Source: Anthoceros angustus (taxonomy: Eukaryota; Plantae; Anthocerotophyta). From it: 64,000 nt of DNA. The position numbers and the translations under genes are program-made. The DNA lies in NCBI GenBank assembly GCA_010909165.1, contig VJWM01000117.1, positions 682,001-746,000 of the forward strand. Reading direction: 5' to 3'. Shown piece after piece: positions 56,353-64,000 of the stretch (position 1 is its first letter; each line of letters begins with the position of its first letter). A model generated the notes under the pieces. That model saw nothing but the letters and a program-made list of their open reading frames with translations. It ran no database searches and had not been told where the DNA came from.

Positions 56353-57697
56353 TCAGGCACGCACTTAGACTCTCTCACCAAGGCCCATAGCCAGCCACCA
56401 GTGCCGCTTGATATCATGGCGCAAAACGCGCTTGAGAAGTTTCGCAGCACCTCTGGAACACGTCTTCATACACTTCAAAGGCAAGCCACCTCTCTGTCGC
56501 ATTCGCATTCGCCATGGAAATGAACGGACCCGCCTTCCCCACTTCAGCGCGAGATGACGGGATGTGCTCATTACGTCGGGACGGAGCCCGTTGGATTCGG
56601 ACGGCTGCTAAGTTCGACAAAGTTGGAACGGGACGGGACCCGTTGGATCCGGATGAAGCCGCGTTAAGTGTACTGCATTGTTTACTAAATATCTGATTAA
56701 TTATACTATATTTATTAAATATAAAATTAATCATTAATAATTACAATTATTCATTAAGAATTAAAATTAATCGTTAAGAATTAAATTCATCCCTTAAGAA
56801 TTACCCGGACCTAGCCGTACCTATATTCACAACAAACGAGGCATGGCTCCGAACCTAAGAAACAACGCCTTTTCCAATCGTTGTTTTGGAGCATTGTTTT
56901 GGGGTGCAAAATGCAGTAGTGTCTGACTATGACCTCCTGGTCTTCCCAAGCTGGTTGGTACAAGGTATTTTCAGAGGATGGGTATCCGATCACTGTATAC
57001 AACAATAGAAGGAAACAACCCACAAAATGCAAACGCTCTCTCTTAAACAACCCACAAACTGCAAACGTCCTCTCCTACTGCCTCTGAAGTGGAGAAGACC
57101 TTAGGGTGCAATACTTTCTTCAATATTTTGGAGTTTGAGCTTCTCCTCTATGCCATGACAATATAATACGTATGTGAGATGCATTCAGGAGCGGGGTCAA
57201 TCTAGCTATCTGGACAAGGAACGGGGGAGTGGGAATACGATTCAAAGAGATTTGCTGCATTTCGGGGTCGCCTTTGAGTCGGAAGTTGAAGAGAGGCTTG
57301 CAGACATTTCAGGGTCGCATGGACTTAGACTTGCAATAATGGCACATTTTGGATCCGGACTAGTAGATGATGGTGCAGGGTAGATCAAGACAGTAGTCAG
57401 AGTTGATGAGTGGGCACTGGGGATTTGCGATCATGTGCCCCGGAGCTGTACAAACAGGAAGTTGGTAACCGTGTCTTGGACGACACGCTTATGAATTATA
57501 TGAAGGATTTGGGGCGGTTTTGGCTTGCACACATGACATCAGAAATCAAATTTAATAAAATAGTGCTTGTTGGGTTATGGGCTGCAAAGCAATCTTGTTG
57601 TTCTCAACGTCCCAAAAGTTGGATGGTAAATCCCAGTGTCATACAATAATATAGATATATAATATATATAATAATAATATAGATATATATATAATAT

Positions 57698-57916
57698 ACC
57701 TATATTGTATGATGCAATGTGCTCGATGGAGTCTACTCTAAAGAGTTTTGGGTAATGGGTTTTGGACTATACATGATAGGATGTACATGGATAACCCTAA
57801 ACCTTAATATCGTGTATCTATGTATGTATGTATATTCATTCATATAGTCCAAAACCCTTTACCCTAAACTGTTTCGAATATACTGCATCAAGCAGATTGC
57901 ATCATACAATATAGGT
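57698..57916. repeat. ~220-bp foldback (MITE-like) with ~75-bp imperfect arms
   Basis: acctatattgtatgatgcaat (57698-57718) pairs perfectly with 57896-57916; the inner arm ..gggttttggactata pairs with tatagtccaaaaccc. Confidence 0.8.
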
Positions 57917-58739
57917 TATCATGTACATATCTTAATTGTATGACGCAGTGCATTTACCAACAAACTTCTAGGAAGTTGAGAATAAGAAGATTTCTTTGTT
58001 TCGATTCCTTTCTTTCCACCCTTGCCTTCAAAAACAATCGAAGTAAAAAAAATAAACTTATGAATGGTGCTGCAACATTTCCGTCAAATTATCCTTACTA
58101 GAGGATTCCTTTGTTTCCATCCTTGGCTTCAAAAAACAACGGGAGTCAAAACAAAAAAAACTTATGAAGGCTGCAGCAACATACTGGTCAGATTATCCTT
58201 ACCACATCATACTGGTAAAATTATCCTTGCTGCCATATGCTGGTCAGATTATTCTTACTACATCGTACTAGTCAAATTATCCTTGCTGCCATATACTTGT
58301 CAAATATTATTCTTACTACATCGTACTAGTCAAATTATCCTTGCTGCCCTATACTTATCAAATATCAATCCTTGCTGCTTCATACTAGTCAAATTATCTA
58401 GACAGCTTCAATCCTTGTGTGTATAATGAGCCCGATTGAATGCACTTCCAACTCTCCGTACGAAAGAATGAGACCACTTTACACAAAAAGAAATATCCCC
58501 TTTCTTACAAGGCATGCAACAATACATACACCGGGCACCAACACTACGCTTCCAAGTAGTCCACTGTCCTCCCAAGGATGACTCAGACAACTCCTCCATT
58601 GCTACTCTTTACTATAACAAAAGTACATGAAAGATCAAAGAAATCCCCATCTTCGCCTGAGCTAAGTGCTTAACTCTCCTCTCGATCTTCTCTTCAAAGC
58701 TCTCCTCTATAAAGCTCTCCTCTAGACACTCTAAACACT

Positions 58740-58955
58740 CTAAGCTCCCACAACCTCTAAACACACTCTAGGCCCCCACAACCTCTAAACACACTCTAGG
58801 CTCCCACAACCTCTAAACACACTCTAAGCTCCCACAACCTCTAAACACACTGTAGGCCCCCACAACCTCTAAACACACTGTAGGCCCCCGCAACCTCTAA
58901 ACACACTCTAGGCTCCCACAACCTCTAAACACACTCTAGGCTCTCACAACCTCTA
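58740..58955. repeat. 28-bp minisatellite, ~8 copies
   Basis: Unit cccacaacctctaaacacactctaggct. Confidence 0.9.
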
Positions 58956-59079
58956 GGGACCCCAGACCTACTTAACAAGAGTGTGGCATAAGTATTGGGA
59001 CAAGATTAGAGCGAGCCTCGTCCCTTAAATAGGGAGGCTCATTTCATCCCCAAATAGCAGCGTAAAGCAAAGTAGACTG

Positions 59080-60220
59080 TCTTTCTTAAACCCTAAGCCA
59101 AGCCTCACTAACACTAACCTCGTATTTTAGTAACTTAGATCTAGGGCTTGCATGCCTCTAGTTCATGCATGGCTCCTTACTTATTAATTTAGATCTAGGG
59201 CTTGCATGCCTCTCATGCATGGCTCTTTACTTATTAATTTAGATCTAGGGCTTGCATGCCCCTCATGCATGGCTCTTTACTTATTAATTTAGATCTAGGG
59301 CTTGCATGCCTCTCATGCATGACTCCTTACTTCTCCCCCAATAGAAAAAAGATCATTGCCCTCAACGATATAGCCTGCATTTTGAGAGATCATCTATAAT
59401 GCTTTTTGGATATCTTCCGATGTCACCCAAATGTGAGATATGGATTTGAAATAATTCCACGCAGCTTTTAGCATGTGCTATGGTTTGATTCTACATTTCA
59501 TAGGCATGCAAGGAATTCCTCAATTTCCCGCAGTCCTTGAGTGTGTTACCTGAGAATAATGCACTTCTTTTTGTCCATGTCCTCCATCTGCTTGCCGAGC
59601 CCAAATAGTTTCCATAGAGATACATAAATCACATTGCGTGTAAAAAAAGCTATAGCTTGAAAGCCACTTCTCCAATGCACTTAAAGGACCTCCATTTCTT
59701 GGTCTTAGCTCAAGAGAGAACCCCTATGGTAATGTGAAATGCGCTAATTTTGCCCACACCTTGTCCTCTACATTGAAAACAGTTTCTTTCATGTACCAGT
59801 CAGCATATTTCCTCTGACCCGCCTGAGCTTTGGCTAAATCCCTATGACAATATCATGACTAGCCTTCAATTGCTCAATAGCTTTGGCTAAATCCCTTTGG
59901 AAATCTCATGACTAGCCTTCAATTGCTCAATAGCTCAAGCCAAATCCCTTCGACAATCTCATGACTACCCTTCAATTGCTCAATAAACTGGCATAGATAT
60001 CTTGTGGTTGTATTGAAAACTTCAGCATCTAGCATGGATACTACGTCCAGCGCTCAATTTTCTGCCATCTTAAGAGGGATGAAACCCACAAAAAAACAAC
60101 ACATCGTCGAGATGATCAAGGTTGTAATTCTCAAGTCAGGTTGTCCAGTGAGGAAAGATAGGCTTAGGGCTCTTTCAAAGGCCATGTCAAAGAGGTTGTT
60201 GGTCAAAGCTTTAAGTTGGT
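59080..60220 (-). mobile_element. Degenerate Ty3/Gypsy 3' end (integrase C-terminus, PPT, LTR start with ~4 tandem ~52-bp units)
   Basis: Minus strand: AKAQAGQRKYADW..FNVEDKVW..ELRPRNGGPL, then GGGGGAGAA followed by GTAAGGAG..CATGCATGAGAGGCATGCAAGCCCTAGATCT repeats. Confidence 0.65.
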
Positions 60221-60349
60221 AGATATGAAGTTTTTCACTTCCGGTTACGCTCCAGTTACAGTTGGCAGCTTAGGTTTCCATGCTGGCCCACTCAGTGTGA
60301 GCTCTCTTATCTTGCCTTCACTTGGTTGTTGCTTGGTTGTTGACGTTTC

Positions 60350-60770
60350 TGTGACCAGCTGATACTGGATGATAGTCACATCTACTCATCTACTGCCCAG
60401 TTGATACTGGATGATAGTCACATCCATCTTATTCTCTGATTAGGTACTGACCAGTTGATACCAAATGATAGTCACATCTACTGACCAGCTGATACTAGAT
60501 GATAATCACATCTACCTTATTCTGTGATCAAGTACTGACCAGTTGATACTGGATGACAGTTACATCTACCTTATTCTCTGATCAGGTACTGACCAGTTGA
60601 TACCAAATGATAGTCACATCTACTGACCAGCTGATACTAGATGATAATCACATCTACCTTATTTTGTGATCAATCTTGACCGATTGATCTTGGATGATTA
60701 CATCTACCTTATTCTCTGATCAGGTATTGACCAGTTGATACTAGATGATAGTCACATCTACTGACCAACT
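60350..60770. repeat. Complex tandem repeat (ttgatactggatgatagtcacatctac core)
   Basis: Direct inspection, ~8 cores. Confidence 0.75.
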
Positions 60771-61249
60771 GAGCAGGTTATTGCAAATGCCCACGTACCT
60801 ATTGCGGGCCTATTCTAGGATAGCAACTTTGGCTCGAGTAGAGTTTAGCATTTTGATTAGTCCTTCTTCCCTTTTGATGAAGCTTTGACGTTACAAATGG
60901 CCCACAAGGATTTCTAACCACTGCACCATTATCCTGCTGTAACAGGAAGCCATGGATCAATTACCACCGCTGAAGCATCTCCGTCTTGTGCTGAAGATTT
61001 TCCTTCAGCAAAGGGAGGTAAATGAGGTCTGCAGAGTTATCCTCTGGTTGTGTCCTTGACAACCTGACAGCAGCAGTAGTCTTTCTGGTTTGCAATCCAG
61101 TCACACGAATATGAATGTTCTAAGTTCTGTTCAGGTATACTCTCGACGCTCTTCCTGTTGCTACCCTCGCTCCCGGAAGGCATCCTCCTCCACCGAAAGC
61201 GGCCTCCGACTGACTCCACATCAAGCCGTTAAAGCCCACAAACCTCTCA

Positions 61250-62290
61250 AGCTTCCAGCTTCCAAACTTTTGGCTGCAGCCTTGTGGATACGTATGAAAG
61301 CTGCGGCAGCCTGGAAGAACCTCAGCAAGTATTTGAACAAGTTGTAGCACCAGATCTTGTAACCTGGAATGCATTGATAGCAGCATATGCCTGTGGGGAT
61401 GGTCACATGGCTTTGCAACTCTTCGACTGCATGCAGTCAGTGGGCATGAAAGCCAGCTGCTATGATGCACATGTTCTTCTTGCAAGGACTTAGGGTCATC
61501 GACATGTATCTCATGTGTGGGAAGGTTACATTCGTTGCATTGCTATCTGCATGAGGCCACTCTGGTACGGTGGCAGAAGGCAGTCAGTTGTTCCAAGCCA
61601 TGTCTAAAGGGTTTGGAATCACTCGGGGACTGAGCATTATGTGTGATCTGGTGAGTCTTCGCGGCTGAGCAGGGCTGTTGTCCGAGGCGGCTAGCTTTGT
61701 CCACCATCTGCCCTGGAGCCGGAACCCGAGGTGTGGATTTCGCTCCTTGCGGCTTGCTGAAGTCATGGAGATGCAGAAAGTTGGAAGACATGCATTCAAC
61801 GCTGTCATGAATCTGGATCCTCTCAATACCGCAGAATATGTTCTCATGTAAGAAACTTATGCAGCGGTCGGGAGATGGGAAGATGAAGCCGCCGTGAGGA
61901 GGAAAATGCAGAGAGCAGGTGTGAGGAAGGAACCAGGACGCACCTGGATGGAGGTAGGTGATCATCTTCACAGTTTTGTTGTGGAAGACGAGGAGCATCT
62001 TGAAAGACACCAAATCTACTCCAAGCTAGCGCAATTGCCTGAGAGCATGAGTGAAAAGTCAGGACAAACGACCAGCTGCGAGGACGAGCTGCTGAACGCT
62101 GTTTGGACTCGGAAATGTTCACATTCGGATCCATTAGACCGACGGTCTGCCATGCTCGGCAATCATGTAAGAGGGAAACCGTGTCTGCAATACGGAACAA
62201 GAGCAGAGCGGCATACAAATCCTGTCACTGCTATCACTTGAAGATACTTCAAGAGTTTAAATCCGCATCTGATCAGTTGATTCATCCACT
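61250..62290 (+). pseudogene. Decayed PLS-PPR-DYW gene of PG-box type
   Basis: YESCGSLEE..DLVTWNALIAAY; RWEDEAAVRRKMQRAGVRKEPGRTWMEVG..; CSHSD remnant of the HSE motif; many frameshifts. Confidence 0.75.
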
Positions 62291-63371
62291 TTGCCACACA
62301 GCTTGTTTTGGTAGGGTAGCTTCTGCTTGACAGGCTAGCAGATGGTTGCTACAGTCTTTTCTAGCGGATAGGCTACCTGACGTGTGATGTTGTGAATCAC
62401 CACAGCAATGTTCTCTGAGCTTGTAATGCTGTCAGCTCAATGCTTGAGACTCTTGCTTGCGGATACTCACAAACGCTCGATGCCAGACAGTGTTGAGTGG
62501 CCATCTGGCGGTGGCTCCACTGGTATCTAGCTGGCCTCCATGTTGGCCTTCAATTTTCGTCTGCTTTCTTGCATCCGCCAGGTGGGCCTACAAGCGTCAC
62601 CGTGACTCAAGCAAGATCGTGTAAGCACATGCTGCAAACCGTAGGCCGTAGAAGGTGATCGGCTAAGGATGTGCATCATCCCAACCGCTTCCCCTGCTGA
62701 CCACCGAGTTATCGGACACAAGCACTGCCCGAGATCTATTCCGGCATTTACATCACAGCACTCAGCTATACAATTTTTTGTTTTACATGTGAAGAGATGT
62801 CGAACCCATCCACCATGCTTCCACCATAGCCAGCTGCTGGCTTGGCTAGACCCAAGGCTCTCAGTACAGGAAGTAATGGCACCTTGGGAGGTAACGACAA
62901 CAATCATGTTAAGGTGGCGGAAGAACGAAGAAGAGGAAGAGCCTCTTATAGCCATACGTATTCCGTACTTCAGATTGTTAAAAATCTTACAAAACATTCC
63001 AAATAAGATCGAGATATTTGGAAGAACAGAGCCAGACACTGGACAGCAGAGCAGGCAGCATCTCTCTCCGCATGGCTGCTGCTCATCGAGAGGCGCCGTG
63101 ATGACAGGGCCGTACACGCGGAGTCTGGTGCGTTACGCGTTTAGGGTTTCCGAGTCCTGACGACCGGACGCGCGTCATTTGCGCGCGCTGCCCCCGCCTT
63201 GGCCATCCACAGCTAGTGTGAGTCCTTGCCCCCGCCTTCATCGCTCGCAGCGCACCAGTGCCGTCGCATCGTCGCTTTGGTTTTCGTCCGCAGGGTGCGG
63301 GTCCGCAGAAGATCGCAACTCCGGTCAAAGAAACAAGGCCGGGACTGATTGGCGCCAGCGGCAGGGTGTAG

Positions 63372-64000
<629 letters not shown>

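Noticed and set aside
49780-60770. Regularly spaced repeats as possible CRISPR arrays
   Set aside because: Units are contiguous tandem copies with no unique spacers, no cas genes are present, and the context is eukaryotic.
62400-63160. 196-aa minus and 163-aa plus ORFs upstream of calmodulin
   Set aside because: No recognisable homology; may be UTR/promoter or exons of an unidentified gene.

Overview
Eukaryotic nuclear DNA from a non-seed land plant, most consistent with a hornwort (Anthoceros-like). This is inferred from the GRP-terminated DYW:KP domains. The first 36 kb hold a cluster of five intronless paralogous PLS-class PPR genes plus one duplicated DYW-only fragment. All end in a variant deaminase-like domain (KP box, HAEK, CxxCH, C-terminal GRP), the class associated with reverse U-to-C organellar RNA editing. 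Every full-length paralog also carries an N-terminal ~56-aa module matching the PDF ssDNA-binding motif of plant OSB proteins (LW..FF.P..WWDNR..K...PDF..K..GE.LWL....P.WV..QL). The paralogs differ at PPR code residues and by gain of whole P-L-S triplets. Interspersed mobile elements are a hAT element with an 8-bp TSD nested in a Gypsy integrase that ends in a PHD finger, a MULE with long TIRs and a 9-bp TSD, CRE-like LINE remnants, LTR pieces and many minisatellites. The right half has RPL18, an 11-exon ankyrin-repeat Raf-like kinase, an intronless fungal-like PL20 glucuronan lyase gene (HGT candidate), an RNI-like LRR ORF, several decayed PPR pseudogenes (two clearly of the canonical PG type) and the start of a calmodulin gene. 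Some frameshifts and near-identical tandem duplications look like long-read assembly noise. All family assignments are from motif recognition by eye; no database searches were run.
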